Part shown: in pieces, positions 13,580 through 26,464 of the stretch | Numbering within the stretch: position 1 is the stretch's first letter | Layout of the letters: each line of letters starts with the position of its first letter | Origin: Okamejei kenojei | Taxonomy: Eukaryota | DNA length: 64,000 bases | Assembly: GCA_035221665.1 (NCBI GenBank) | Contig: CM069162.1 | Location: 9,734,001 to 9,798,000 of the forward strand | Direction of reading: 5' to 3' | Position numbers and translations under genes: made by a program | The notes under the pieces: generated by a model | What the model was told of the DNA's origin: nothing | The model's input: only the letters and a program-made list of their open reading frames with translations | The model's database searches: none

Positions 13580-14150
13580 AAGAGTAGAACTCTTGTGGAT
13601 TTGCAGAAACGTGGGTGGTGTTTATGTTTGTCTGTTGGCCTTGCGCTGGGTGGTCAAGATCATAAGTTTGGGAGATGCTGTCACAGCAGTACAGGTGCAT
13701 AACTGCATTGCACTTTATAGGTAGTACGGGTTGCAGCCATTATGTGCTGGAGGGAATAAAATGTATGTTGTGTATGTTGTGTGAGAGCAAAGGAAGATTT
13801 GTCCTGGATGGTGTCGATCTTCTTGAATGTTGTTAAAGCTGTGCTCGTCCAGGCAAGCAGAGAAATTTCCATTGTACATCTGTATTATATCTCACGGATG
13901 GTGGAAAGGCTTTGGGATCTTACTAGCTGAGTGATTTTGCTACAGGATGCTCAGCCTCAGAATGCACAATTTATGTGGCTGGCCAGGTTTGGCCCAGTCA
14001 GAGATGACTCCAATGGTGATATGGTAACCATTGAATATCAAGGTCAGGTGGTAAGTCTCTTGTTTCTTGGAGATGGTTCTTGCCATTTACCACTTGCTAT
14101 TTATCAGCCTGTGCCTGAGTGTTTACGTCTTGCTGCATGCTGACAAGGGT
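13580..14150 (-). mobile_element. Old CR1/L2-like LINE fragment
   Basis: ORF 13681..13872 (LAWTSTALTTFKKIDTIQDK) resembles a LINE RT C-terminus; same family as the copy at 1040-1430. Confidence 0.55.
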
Positions 14151-14814
14151 TTATTGTGTGACACGTTATGAAGTAAGTATGGGCTGAAGGGACAAAATAC
14201 TGATGTTATAGTAAAACAACTTGTAGGAGAATGGAATTACAGTGACCAGTGTATTTTGGTTACATCTATAGTAATCATTTGTAGGAATATATAATGGAAT
14301 GTAACAATGAGTTGAAAAAATGTATTAAGATGTCAATTTGCTTGTAGCCATTGAACGCTGGTATAGGTTTTCCCTGAACATTATATTGGACGTGATTTAG
14401 TTGGCTTCAAAGGTAAAGACACCTGCAAAACTGTTGAATATGGTGCAAAATATCTGCTTCTACTGTATTTCATTGGTAAATACTCTTGTATTAGGAAGCT
14501 GTGGGTGGATTGGGGTTGTGGGGAACGCACATTGCTCACACGTGTGCTACATCCTTACCAGTCCAAATATAAAATAACAGAAAATACATTTTTGTATGTG
14601 ACGTCTGCCATTTAAAGGTAGGGCTGGATAGGTTTTTCAAATGATTTTGCTTGTAATTCTTCTCACCAAGTAGAAGAAGCAGTTACTGTTTATTGTGAGT
14701 GGGCTTTGAAAGTAAATTAGAATTCTGATTCTGAATTCTGAATGATGGTTCTGAAGTAGAACCATTTAATTTCCCCCTATTAACGCTCTTCTGAGTATAA
14801 ATGGTTATGCGCAT

Positions 14815-15070
14815 AATGGCTCAATGGAACAGTTGTTAGAGCTGCTGCTTCACAGCGCCAGAGAAACGGGTTCCATCCTAACCTTGGGGACTGTTTGTGT
14901 AGAGTTTGCACATTCCCACTCGGGACTGCATGGGTTTCCTCCAGGTGCTCTGAATTCCTCCCACATCCCAAAGATGAGTAGATGAGCAAGTTAGATAACA
15001 TAGAATAGTGAGATCGGATGATCGATGGTTGGCATGCACTCGGTAGGCTGAAGGGCTTGTTTCTGAATGT
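14815..15070 (+). mobile_element. HE1-type tRNA-derived V-SINE
   Basis: gagctgctgcttcacagcgccagaga...gggttccatcct head, gggtttcctccaggtgctctgaattcctcccacatcccaaaga V-domain, CR1-like tail (ctgaagggcttgtttc). Confidence 0.75.
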
Positions 15071-15269
15071 TTTGTCTGTTTTACTGGTCAAATAACAATT
15101 CAAATGTGTCAGTCTTGAAAGGTGTTTATTACTCAATTTCTTAGCAGGTCTCATTCCCTTCATTTGCTGTAGCATTGTGTACCATGATGTGTGCAAGATC
15201 AGAATAGGATTGGTGTGATTCATTTTGTAATTACAGAATGATAAATAATATCCACATGAGTGTCATCGA

Positions 15270-15590
15270 GCTAAATAGCATTGAGAAATGTCTTTCAGCC
15301 CACTGAGCACACATTGACTATCAGGCACCTTATTATTTTAACCCTACGGTAATTCCAATTTATTCTCTCCACATACCCATCCGCTCCTCCCAGATTCTAC
15401 CACTCAACTATATACTTATGGTGGCCAATTAACATAGCAACCCACGTTTCCTGTGGATGGAGGCGGAAATTGGAGTAGCTGGAAAAAACCATATGAGATC
15501 ACAGGGAAGCCGTGTAAACACAACGCATATAACGAGGGACATCAGAGACAAACCTGAGTCCTTGGAGATGTGTGACAGCAACACTGTTGA
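15270..15590 (-). mobile_element. Degenerate HE1-type SINE
   Basis: Reverse-complement similarity to the other HE1 copies. Confidence 0.5.
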
Positions 15591-15640
15591 ATCAGGATCT
15601 ACATAAACTGATCCTACCCAACAGGTATTATTTTCTTGTG

Positions 15641-16328
15641 TAAGAAAGAACTGCAGATGCTGGTTTAAACCGAAGAGGAACACAAAAATCTGGAGAAACT
15701 CGGCGGAACAGGCAGCATCTCTGGAGAGAAGGAAAGGGTGCGCCTCGGGTCGAACCCCTTCCTCAGACTGGATAGGGATAAGAAAAACGAGAGATATAGA
15801 TGGTGATGTGGAGAGATAAAGAACAATGAATTAAAGATATGCAAAAAAAGTAGCAATGATAGAGGAATCTGGCCATTTTTAGCTGTTTGTAAGGTGAAAA
15901 TGAGAAGCTAGTGCGACTTGGGTGGGGGATGGATAGAGAGAGAGGGAATGCCAGGATCCCCTGAAGTGAGATAAACCAATATTCATAACACTGGGCTGTA
16001 AACATATGAGATGCAGTTCCTCAGTATCTTATACATCGGCGAGACTAAACGCAGACTGGTTGATCGTTTCGCCGAACACCTTCGCTCAGCCCGTCTGAAC
16101 CTACCTAATCTCCCAGTTGCTGGACATTAATTCTCTTTACTCCCTCACCTTTACAATGGACGTACAGTCACTCTACACCTCCACCCCCTGAAAGTCCTCC
16201 GTTTCTTCCTCGAACGCAGAACCATCCAATTTCCCTCTAATAACATCTACTCTGCCTAGCGGAGCGGGTCCTCACCCTCAACAACTTCCCCTTTGACACC
16301 TCCCACTTCCTGCTATGGGCACCCGCGG
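15641..16328. mobile_element. Rearranged Penelope-like element (pLTR/EN C-terminus on minus; GIY-YIG and RT fragments on plus)
   Basis: 16029-16127 reads LYIGETKRRLVDRFAEHLRS (GIY-YIG); ~16150-16325 reads FTMDVQSLYTS...VLTLNNF...AMGTR (Penelope RT); 15641-15770 is the pLTR consensus. Confidence 0.85.
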
Positions 16329-16329
16329 A

Positions 16330-16353
16330 GGGGGGGGGGGGGGGGGGGGGGGG
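16330..16353 (+). repeat. Poly-G homopolymer (~24 nt)
   Basis: Direct observation; lies at the junction between Penelope and CR1 fragments. Confidence 0.9.
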
Positions 16354-16394
16354 AGAATCCAGTTGTAATCGAGACACCTGAAAAGGTATGTGAT

Positions 16395-16830
16395 TGCACT
16401 GGATAGTGTACAGGGGAATTCACCAGAATATTGGCAGGATTGGACTGTTTCTGTTATGAGGTGAGACTAGATTTGTTTTCCTTGGAATAGGCGAAGGTGA
16501 AGGGGAACTCGAAAGAGAGAATGAAAATTATGAGAGGCATAGATAGGGTAGATGCTAAGAAACTTTTCCCCATGGCAGAGGGCATTGGTTTCAGGGAAGG
16601 GGTAATAAAAGGATCTGGGGAGTGGTTGGTTATAATATGGAATGCACAACCTGGCAGTGGAGGCAGGTGCTCTAACAACATTTAAGAAGCATCCGGATGA
16701 GCACTCGAATTGTCAAGGCATGGGAGACTGCAGGCCAAGTGCTAATAAATGGGGGCAGTGCAGATAGAATTTGTTGGTATGTCCATAGTGGCTGAAGGGT
16801 CCATTTCTGTGCTTTCTGACTCGTGTCTCA
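16395..16830 (+). mobile_element. CR1 LINE 3' fragment
   Basis: KIMRGIDRVDAKKLFP-like peptide; ends gctgaagggtccatttctgtgct. Confidence 0.75.
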
Positions 16831-16934
16831 AAGAGAGTAAAGATGTCAAGGAGCTCGCATCTACATTTAAAAAAATAGTGGATTGCAATCCCTGATATAT
16901 TAACTGACTTGCATGCAAACTTGGTAAAGGCCAA

Positions 16935-17670
16935 ATGAAAATCAAAAAACTGCTGATGTCGAAACCCTGAAATAAAAACGTAGAATGTAGGAAATCTTGC
17001 CAGGTCGGGCAGCATCTGTGGAAAGAGAAACAGAGTCCTCTCTTCAGGTGGAAGACCCTTTGTCAGAAGCAAAGAAGTTCTATTGCAGGGTCAGTGATCT
17101 GAAACACTCATTAACCTTCCCACAAATAATGCTTGACCCGCTGAGGGATTCCATCATTCTGCTTTTATTTTGCACAAGGATAAACCATTTAAAATGTAGA
17201 ATCAGGGTGTCCAAAGATGTGGAATGGAAATATTGCATTCTGTTTCACAGGGCACTAGAACCACGTGTGGGATTGACAGAATGTACTGTTCAGCTGAACT
17301 AAACCGGAAACAAAAATCAAAACAAAAAACTGCATCCGAATTAAAAACAGAAAATGCCAGAAATCCTCAGCTAGTACGGCCTCATCTGTGAGAAGGGAAA
17401 TAGAACTCATGCTTCTTCAACCTGCAATATTAGCTCTGTTAGACACAGTGATAGAGTGACTCAACGGGTCAGGCAGCATTTCTGGGGGAAAGAAAGATGG
17501 ATGACGTTTCGGGTCAGGCCCCTTAAGAACTGCTGAGTTACTCCAGCACTTTGTGTCTATCTTTGGTGTAAACCAGCACCTGCAGTTCCTTTATTTCTAC
17601 ATGTTAGCTATGTTTCTCTTCTCACAGATGCGTCTTGACATTGAGTATTTCCAGCAATTTCTGTTTTATT
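16935..17670. mobile_element. Cluster of nested Penelope-derived foldback elements
   Basis: Several pLTR-like arms in both orientations; a younger copy (~17440-17600) sits inside an older one (17320-17670). Confidence 0.6.
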
Positions 17671-18020
17671 TCATGTTATCTGTACTGGGTTAGTGCAAAG
17701 GTGGAGGTACAATATTGGGCCTCACCCCTTTGTGATGTTTGTTAGCGTTTCAGTGACGAGGAAATTCCAGTTCCAAGTGGAAACTGAAATTTTAACATAT
17801 TTAAAAAGCTAGAGTACAAGCAGGGAATAGTTCTGGTACTATCTTGAAGTGAATCTTCTACCTTTTTGCATACTAGTCCTGCAAGAGTAATGCTGTGGGT
17901 GAGACCAGAGAGAAATGTTGGGTTCTCGGCACCACAGCATCAGAGGGGTTTCTTACTCTTGCAGGGATTGCAACATGGATATTCGAGAATGATACCTGTC
18001 TTCAATGATTATGTTAGCAG

Positions 18021-18143
18021 GAGAAGGTGGACAAAAATGCTGGAGAAACTCAGCAGGTGAGGCAGCATCTATGGAGAGAAGGAAGAGGCGACGTTTCGGA
18101 TCGAAACCCTTCTTCAGACAGCCTCTGCAGTTCTTTCTTAAGC
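18021..18143 (-). mobile_element. Short Penelope-derived insertion with an intact hammerhead core
   Basis: Minus strand CTGAAGA-AGGGTTTCGATCC-GAAACGTC at 18090-18117; 10-bp TSD atgttagcag at 18011-18020 and 18144-18153; inside an old CR1 (~17760-18530). Confidence 0.8.
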
Positions 18144-18614
18144 ATGTTAGCAGTTTTTTGTAAACTAGAACAGTATTCCCAGGAATGTAGAAGATTAAGA
18201 TGTGATTTGATTGAAGATTTCAAGATATTAAAGGAAATTATTAAGGTCAATAGTAGGAAATCAACTGCACTGGCAGGATAGCCCAAGCTTAGAGGAACTT
18301 GGCCTTGAAGAAATTGGGGTTTGGTCTTTGAGAGTGCGGGATAGTTGTAGGTTGGAACTCTGCAGTTGTGACTAAACTGATCACTTTAAATGTGTGATTA
18401 CCACAGATATCAAGGAAATTGATGCAGAGACAGCTGGTCCTGTGGAATAAGATCAAATATGATTTCAGTGAATGGTGGAGCTGACTCTGTGCCAAATACT
18501 CTACTATTGCTGTGCTTCTAACTACTTCTGCATAGCTGGCAGTTGCACAGCATGGAGAGAGACCTGTGACGGGGTTAAGAACTGTGGAATGGAGATACAC
18601 CCAAGCCTCCCTAA

Positions 18615-19800
18615 ATTAGATTAGATTCCTTTATTGTCATTCAGACCTTTCGGTCTGAACGAAATTGTTACCATACAGTCATAACATATAATAAAACAAA
18701 ACAAAACACACAATAAACACATATCCAACATCCACCATAATGAGTTCACCAGGCACCTCCTCACTGGTGGAAGGCAAAAGTCTTAAGTCATTGTCTTCAT
18801 CCCTCCTAGTTCTCCCTCTGTGCTGAGGTGATCCAGGCCTCCGATGCCGCTGGAGCACCGCAGCTCTAAGTTGGACCGCCGCTGAAGCACCGCAGCTCTA
18901 AGCTGGACCGCCACCACCGCTGGAGCACCGCAGCTCCAAACCAGGCCGTCGCTGCCGCTGGAGCACCGCAGCCGCTGGAGCACCGCAGCTCTAAGCTGGA
19001 CCGCCGCAGCCGCTGGAGCACTGCAGCTCTAAGCTGGGCCGCCGCCGCTGGAGCACCGCAGCTCTAAGCTGGGCCGCCGCCGCTGCTGGAGCAACGCAGC
19101 TCCAAACCAGGCCACCGCCGAAGCTGGAGCACCGCAGCTCTAAGATCCGCCGCTGGAGCACCGCAGCTCTAAGCTGGGCCGCCGCTGGAGCACCGCAGCT
19201 CCAAACCAGGCCGTCGCTGCCGCTGGAGCACCGCAGCCGCTGGAGCACCGCAGCTCTAAGCTGGACCGCCGCAGCCGCTGGAGCACAGCAGCTCTAAGCT
19301 GGGCCGCCGCCGCTGGAGCACCGCAGCTCTAAGCTGGGCCGCCGCCACTGCTGGAGCAACGCAGCTCCAAACCAGGCCACCGCCGAAGCTGGAGCACCGC
19401 AGCTCTAAGCTGGGCCGCCGCCGCTGGAGCACCGCAGCTCTAAGATCCACCGCTGGAGCACCGCAGCTCTAAGCTGGGCCGCCGCCGCTGGAGCACCGCA
19501 GCTCTAAGATCCGCCGCTGGAGCACCGCAGCTCTAAGCTGGGCCGCCGCCGCCGCTGAAGCACCGCAGCTCCAAACCAGGCCGCCGCCACAGCTCCGCCA
19601 TTAGGCCTCAGCACAGATGGTGACCTGAAGGGTGAGACTAAAACTCTGTTTCTCCCACCCCCCCACCCCACATACACAACCTAATAAAACAAAGTTCTAC
19701 TAAACAAACACTAGAAGACAACAAAAAAGAAAAGAAAAAAACAGACGGACTGCAGGTGAGCCGCAGCTGCCAGCCAGCGCGGCGCGGCCACTTCCGGAAC
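18615..19800 (-). mobile_element. Non-autonomous non-LTR retroelement with a Rex1/L2-type 3' tail and an internal minisatellite
   Basis: Minus strand: 5' GTTCCGGAAGTGGCCGCG; 3' perfect stem-loop TTCAGACC-GAAA-GGTCTGAA (18640-18659), then AATAAA and a (TCTAA)n tail. Confidence 0.6.
18847..19600. repeat. GC-rich minisatellite, ~22 units of 17-38 bp, with a 265-bp higher-order period
   Basis: Core GCTGGAGCACCGCAGCTC repeated. Variant markers recur 265 bp apart (ccaggccgtc at 18941 and 19206; gcaacgcagc at 19091 and 19356). Confidence 0.95.
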
Positions 19801-22800
19801 ACAAAGATAGGTGGATTACAATTATGCAAGATTGGACAATAAGTATGCACAATATGCGGTGACTTGTAATATTACTCAATCATTAGATTGTCTAGAAATT
19901 AAAACCGTAGCAATTTTGAATTGCAAGTCTATCAAATTACTTTTGCTGAATTATATCACCACCCAGCTAATCGCTGGGCTCCTTCTTTATTGCAATCAAT
20001 GATTGACAGTCCAAGGATTTGTTCACTTTGAAGCTGGTGTCAATGCTTTTGTTATATTTTTCTTTTAAGTGTAAGGGAAATTAATGATCCTAACCTCAGT
20101 CATGTACGAACGTCTGCAAATTCATCAGTCAATGAAATTGTAGTCGTGAATTAGGATTGCAACATAATGTAATGTAATGTCAATGGAACTTCATTTTGAT
20201 ACCCAGCTGTGCTAAAATGATTTGAGATTTTTTAGCAAATTGGTGGATTAATTTTTTTCTCAGTGTATGAATTGTAATCCATTTTACTGTTTACCATCGT
20301 TGAATATAATTTGTATTTAGTACAATAGAATCCTGTTTAAAAATTACTAATAGTTTTAATATGAAAACAATCTAAGTAGCATTAGAATACCTTCTCTTCT
20401 GAATTAAAAAAAATATATAATCTGCATTATAATGTTCAGAATGTTGCCTTTATGTATGTATCTTTGTAGAATCAAGTCACCGCAGGCATATTTAATCATA
20501 AGGTTAATATATTTGTAATAACATGAGTTGTTGGGTAAAGTGTTTGCTGATTGTGTTTGACATTAAGCTCACGTACTTTAAAATGCACAGTTTATCGTAG
20601 CTGTAAAAATACTAATATGTGAGCTGATTTAAAACACTGTTTTGATATTACAGTAAAAACCGAACAAGTCTTTGTCATTAAGTGTGGCACGCACTGATTT
20701 AGTGAGAGATACATTGTATAATAGCTCATCTTTGACATTTTGTGAAGAAAGGCACTGTGCAAGGACAGATGTTAATGGAATTCAAAGGAAGTGAATGTGA
20801 AATAGAGCAGAAAGGCACCACACATTGATTAAATGAGGGAGAGCAAGCAACGACCTCTGACCGGCATTGAAGGGCCACTTTGATTTTTTTTTGAACGCCA
20901 CAATGTATTTTCTAATTCACTACTTAATATCTTAAGCACATCTTAGCTGTCAGGTTTAAGGAGAATTCAGCTTCCTACCCCAAATGGTTAGAACTGAGCA
21001 CGCAGAATTTGATATGTGGATAGCAAGACTCATCCATTTGAAATCATTCCTGCGCCATTAACATTTAACAGACAGAAGAAACTAATGCAAAGCATAATTA
21101 ATGCCCAAATGTGGTATGATTGAGATCAGATTAAGACAACCTTTTGAGTTTCTGAGTAGAGATTACCAGATACGGCTGAGTAGTTGAACCTTGCTATTTA
21201 TTCCAGTGAAGCAATTGATGTTTTTGATACCCCAAGCAGCTTAGCACAGCTCAACTCGCACTTCACTGAATATAGTGATCGATTATCTGTGGCTTAACCA
21301 AGCCTTCTCATTTCCTGTTTTCCATTACCTCGCTCAATCAAGTTAGGCATTTGTAACCATGTTTGTGCATTGAGATAAGCAATCGAGGCTTGTTGCTATT
21401 TGCTAATCTCTTGCAGATGGTGCTGCTGTGAGATAAGACGATCCTGTTTAAAAGATGCACTTTATTGTGTTGAACTGGGCAGAATAAATGAAACACGGTG
21501 CATTATGTTGGGAGCAGGCTTGTTGTGGAAATGGCCTTCAATTTTTTTTCCAAAAAAGTACTCGTGCTGCTGGTGGGATTATAATATACATGGTCACACA
21601 ATATATAACATCTCTCATAAATAGGTATGAGCGCAGCATACAACCATCGCCTGATGAAAAGTCCTATTTACTGTACAGTATTGATCTTACATTTATGACC
21701 TATTTTAGAAATGCAGTACCTGGGCAGTTTTCACCGTGCAATAATTCAGGAGTTACTGGTTTGTACATTAATGTTGCAGCGTTCTGTTTTTGTTTGACTG
21801 TACAGGCCAATTTCAAGGGTATTAAAAATGTATGGAGTTAAATAATGCATCCCCAAACAATAATCAGTCTTTTCACAACATTTTGGGCACGTTTTTGATT
21901 AAATCTGCTTTATGGGCAGCATCGAACTATTTTTTTTACAAGATGGTGAAATCCCAGGAAATTGTACAGTAGATTATGTTTTTGATATGGAAAGTTTATC
22001 AGCCCCGTTTTTTTGATAATTGGTATGAAAAAATGCCAGCTGGTTATAACATGCAAACAAGCCAGGTGATTGAGAATATTCTTCAACTTTAAAACATTTC
22101 TCGTAAGTGTTGCGTATACATTTATACTTAAGAAAATAGGGGCATTAAACAAGGCGATAAATCAGAATATTAAAAAAAATATTCAGCCTCAACACTTTTT
22201 CCAAAATGCATTTCCCATATTTAAAATTATCTTCCACCACATTTATATTTTTCCAATCTTTTCACTGAGAAATGTTAGTTATAAATTGTTCCACAATTCT
22301 ATCCAAGTGAGCTTTACAAGGAGCATTAGAACTCTACATTTATTTAGAGATGCAACGCATACATTCTAGGAACCACTTAGACGGCAAGAAATAAATATTT
22401 TGCCAACAAGCTAATGCTTAATTCTTTGGTGCCATAATTTAAAACAAAAATTGGTTTTGGCTCTTTCGTTGAGTTGCTTTAATATATATTTTGTTTTTCC
22501 TGTGCAGCTTGTTGAACCATTTTCTTTCCCTTAATTTAATGTTCACTTTTAGTTGTACTTTTCTATCTTGTTCTCTGTCTACCTTTTACTAACTTTCTCT
22601 TTGCTGCTGCTGCTGCTTCATCCGTTGTACATTCTTTTTGGAAATGTCAGGAATCTGTGAGTTTTACCTTTTAACATCCTTACAAATATATGAATGAGGA
22701 GAAGGAGAAAGATGGGCAACCCCATGAACTGAAGGCGTCTGAAAGGTAGAAAAACTGTGGAAGTATGGGGAAGGAGCCGTGAGGGTGGATGGATTGTACA

Positions 22801-23254
22801 GCTTTTTGAAAGACCGAACTGAGACCCTGGATTGAATAGCCCTTCTCATTGTTGAACTATTTTATAATTCTATGACTCGATCATTTGGCCCAAGATGAGA
22901 TATTGCAATTTTCATGGTTGCATTGAAGAATAATATCACTTCAGAAAGGTGGTTCTTGCGAGACCTGTCACATTGTATGCTATGATGGTGTTCATCACTA
23001 CGACAAGAATTCTAATGAACATTCCGAGCAAATAGTGGACCTCACACAGAGCTATAATTGGGAAATTTTAGAGAAATGAAGGAAACATCTCGAAGCCTGC
23101 AGTTTTCCAGCCATCTTTCTCTATACCGAACACCTGATCAAGGAAGACATTATATGTGCTGGAAAGTGTATGTGTTATAATAGTTGTGAAAGCAGATTTG
23201 AACCTTATTACATGACTGAGATTACATTTGCTGGTCAGTTACATCCTTTTAACC

Positions 23255-23600
23255 ATAACACATAGGAGTAGAATTAGGCCATTTGGCACACCGAGTCTGC
23301 TCCGCCATTAGATCATGGCAGATCTATTTTTCCCTCTCAATCTCATTCTCCTCCCCGTAATCTTTGACACCCTTACTAATCAAGAACCTATTAATTTCAG
23401 CTTTACAAACACCCAATACACAGCTGCCTGTGAATGAATTCCAGATTTACCACCCTCTGGTCAAATACATTTCTCCTCATCTCCATTGTAAAGGCATGTC
23501 CTTTTATTCTGAAGCTGCACCATCTTGACCTAGACTCTCCCACTACTGGAAACATCCTTTCCACATCCACCCTATCTGGGTCTTTCATTATCCCGAAAAG
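23255..23600 (-). mobile_element. CR1 LINE 3' end
   Basis: DRVDVERMFPVVGESRSR...RNVFDQRVVNL on minus; cataggagtagaattaggccattt terminus. Confidence 0.8.
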
Positions 23601-24119
23601 CACCACTGAACTGGTTACATCTGCATCTCTACCTTGACATGTCACTACTCGGGTCAATGTGCCACGAAAGGTCAATAAAAATACGGTGTTATTTTATTTC
23701 ACCCCATTTGATTCTTTTCATGAATCATTGCCATAGTTAGAAAATGAAAGTAAGCACTGCAAAGTTTAATTTGTTTGGATAGGTTGAAAAGAAGCAAGAT
23801 TAATGCCTATATTAAATGCATTAAAAACTAAAGATAAGTTGTTTTGAAACTGATTTAGATTTGATATTTAAGATGCTGCAGTTGGTGTGGAGATGGAGAT
23901 ATGTCGTTGGAATTTCAGAATATTACCTAGTTATCTTTTGAATTGTAAAGCTTGAGAAACATGAGTAGAAATAGATAGACCAGTTAGACCTAAACTCGCT
24001 GGACTATTCAGTATGATCGTGACTGATCTCATCTTTACTTCAAAACCACTTTCCCACTCTTTCCCCAAACCATTTGACTCTTTTGAAGTTCAATGCTGTT
24101 CAAGAGATATGTATAAATG

Positions 24120-24235
24120 TGGGCACAAAATGCTGGATTAACTCAGCGGGACAGGACTGGAGAGAAGGAATGGGAGATGTTTTGGGTCGAGACTCTTCTT
24201 CAGACTGATGTCAGGGGAGTGGGCGGGACAAAGCT
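24120..24235 (-). mobile_element. Short Penelope-derived insertion
   Basis: cacaaaatgctgg...gagactcttcttcagactgatg; imperfect duplication atgtataaatgtgg / atgtacaaacgtgg on the flanks. Confidence 0.7.
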
Positions 24236-26464
24236 GGGATGTTTAAATTTAGAATGTACAAACGTGGACATTGGATCAGTTGTGTATGGCTTTAATTATC
24301 CACTGCATTCCTCCACTTCCCTTCCCAGCCCATGATCTACCTCGTGTTTCCAATTCCTGCCTGCCATGGCTGAAAAACTTAATGGACACTGACCATAAGA
24401 AAATAATGTGAAAGAAGAAACCTGGAACAAACTATAGGAGGTGGGCAGGCCTGCCTGTGGAAATTTAATCTGGACTTCAGCTGAATGCCGAAAATTAAAT
24501 GGGAAAAGAAAAAAAATGTTACTTGGATGTGAAAGATGGAATAGATGATAGCTGTGGCAGTCACCCAAAACATGTGAAGTAAACAGGCACTCTTTGATTA
24601 AAATGGCTTTTGTGCAAATGATTCACATTTTATCTGCCAACCAATGTTTGACTTTGTATGAAGATAGAGACGAGAGATTCTGATGATGTCAAATTAACAT
24701 CTTTTAGTTATGAGGGAGGACAATGATCGATCATTTCTGCTGTATCTTGCATTTAATATGTTCCAGCATTTACTGTGTGCTCCCCATATTTATTAATAAT
24801 GCGAACACTATTTATAGATTAAAATAGGGAATAGAATCCCTTAATTCTCCTATATTGATTAAATATTTAGAAAATTTAATTTTTACGAGCAATGTAAAGC
24901 AGATGTTATGAAGAACATATTTTCATTATATTTTATGCCGTGCCGATTTAAGTCACAGCAAAGGACACTAGCTTTGAACTACCTACAGGGACTAATATCT
25001 AAATAAAAGGAGATTGGTTCCAACCTTTTACATCGGAAGCAAATGATTTCCTGAACATCTGACTGGTTTGTTCAGTATTTTCCTGCCAGATTCACTCTGC
25101 CCTGTGTAGCTGATATTCATAGTTGTGAGAAATAGAGGTGACAGATGGCCAAATTGCCTTCAAAGCTAGCAGAGGTTTTAAATATAAATAGTGTAGGTAA
25201 CAGCTACGGATGCATAGTCCAAACAAAGGACCAGCCTGCCATAGCTAGTTTAACATCTGTGGTCACCCGCACCATTTTGTTTTACGTTGATCTGAAAAGA
25301 TTGTAGTCGGGGAGCATCTCCATGTGAGAGCAGCTGTGATTGTGCTTATTGCTAAATGTCATGTTGTGACAATGAGATCTTCTTACAGTATGTCAGTTAA
25401 ATGTAGGCAGAGAAAGTACATGAATAAGATATTTTGTGAGGCTGTTAATAAAAACAGGGGTTCTATCCTTAGTCACATTTAACTAATGCCCTGTCTAAAT
25501 TTTGAGAATAATTTAATCTTTTTAAAATGTGAAGATTCTAATTACTGAGTACTACACACTTAGAAGTTACCCATTTTCTGTATTTTTATTCCATTCTTAA
25601 AATAAAGCAGTTTTTATTATAGGAATATCGTATTTTTGGATATGGGCATCAGTAAAAATGGTTCTAAATTTACCTGATGGTTGTCTCAAGTACATTTGTT
25701 AAACAAGTGAAAAATGAACAATTTAAATATATTCAGAAAGACAAGTTTCAACTGCATTTAAAACCTCACTGATCGCCGTTAAGTGATAAAAACAGCTTTG
25801 AAATTGCTTAATGTCCTAACTCAATCTTTTTAAACATCTAGATTTTATCAAATCCTTCAATTAAGGTAAAGATATTAAATAGATAATGTTGAAGGCTGTC
25901 CAGAGTAATAAAAGGAACATAAGCTATCTTATGTTATGTAATATTTACCTCATCTTTGCAATTGATTTTTAAATCATTTTCTGTTGAGGATCATTTGTGG
26001 AAATACAAATATATTTTAGGACTTAAATGTTATGCAGTTTCTTCCTTATTTATGCTTCTATGGACTAATATCTGTCCAATCTCATTGTGATTCAATTCTT
26101 ATATCTCTTTCTATTAATATTTCTATCTGTTATATATTCTTGCTGATTTTGTTTTATTGCATTTACACTTCTGTGTTTTTGCAAAATTGCTAATGGGGAA
26201 GGATTGATTTAAAGAGGTGGACCCATATAAACCGCGAACAATTTAGTCACACTTGGATAAAGCAGCAGATAGCAGTTTCAAAGATTTGTTTTATTGCAGC
26301 ATGTCAAAAATTGTAGACATTTTGTTGTAGACATTTTTCTACTAATACTTTCCATTTAATACCAGAATCTAATTGTACATTAGATGAGTATTCGTAAGGG
26401 CAAAAAATCTGCATTAAATATGATAAGCTGAGTGTTCTGGTTTTTTTTTTCGCTTTGCTATTCA

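Noticed and set aside
18783-19450. Repetitive minus-strand ORFs (LRAAVLQRR...)
   Set aside because: By-products of a GC-rich tandem repeat; no splice or start context.
18847-19600. CRISPR-like appearance (hairpin-forming repeat with variable linkers)
   Set aside because: The linkers are short and recur rather than being unique spacers, there are no cas genes, and the context is a vertebrate intron. It is a minisatellite.
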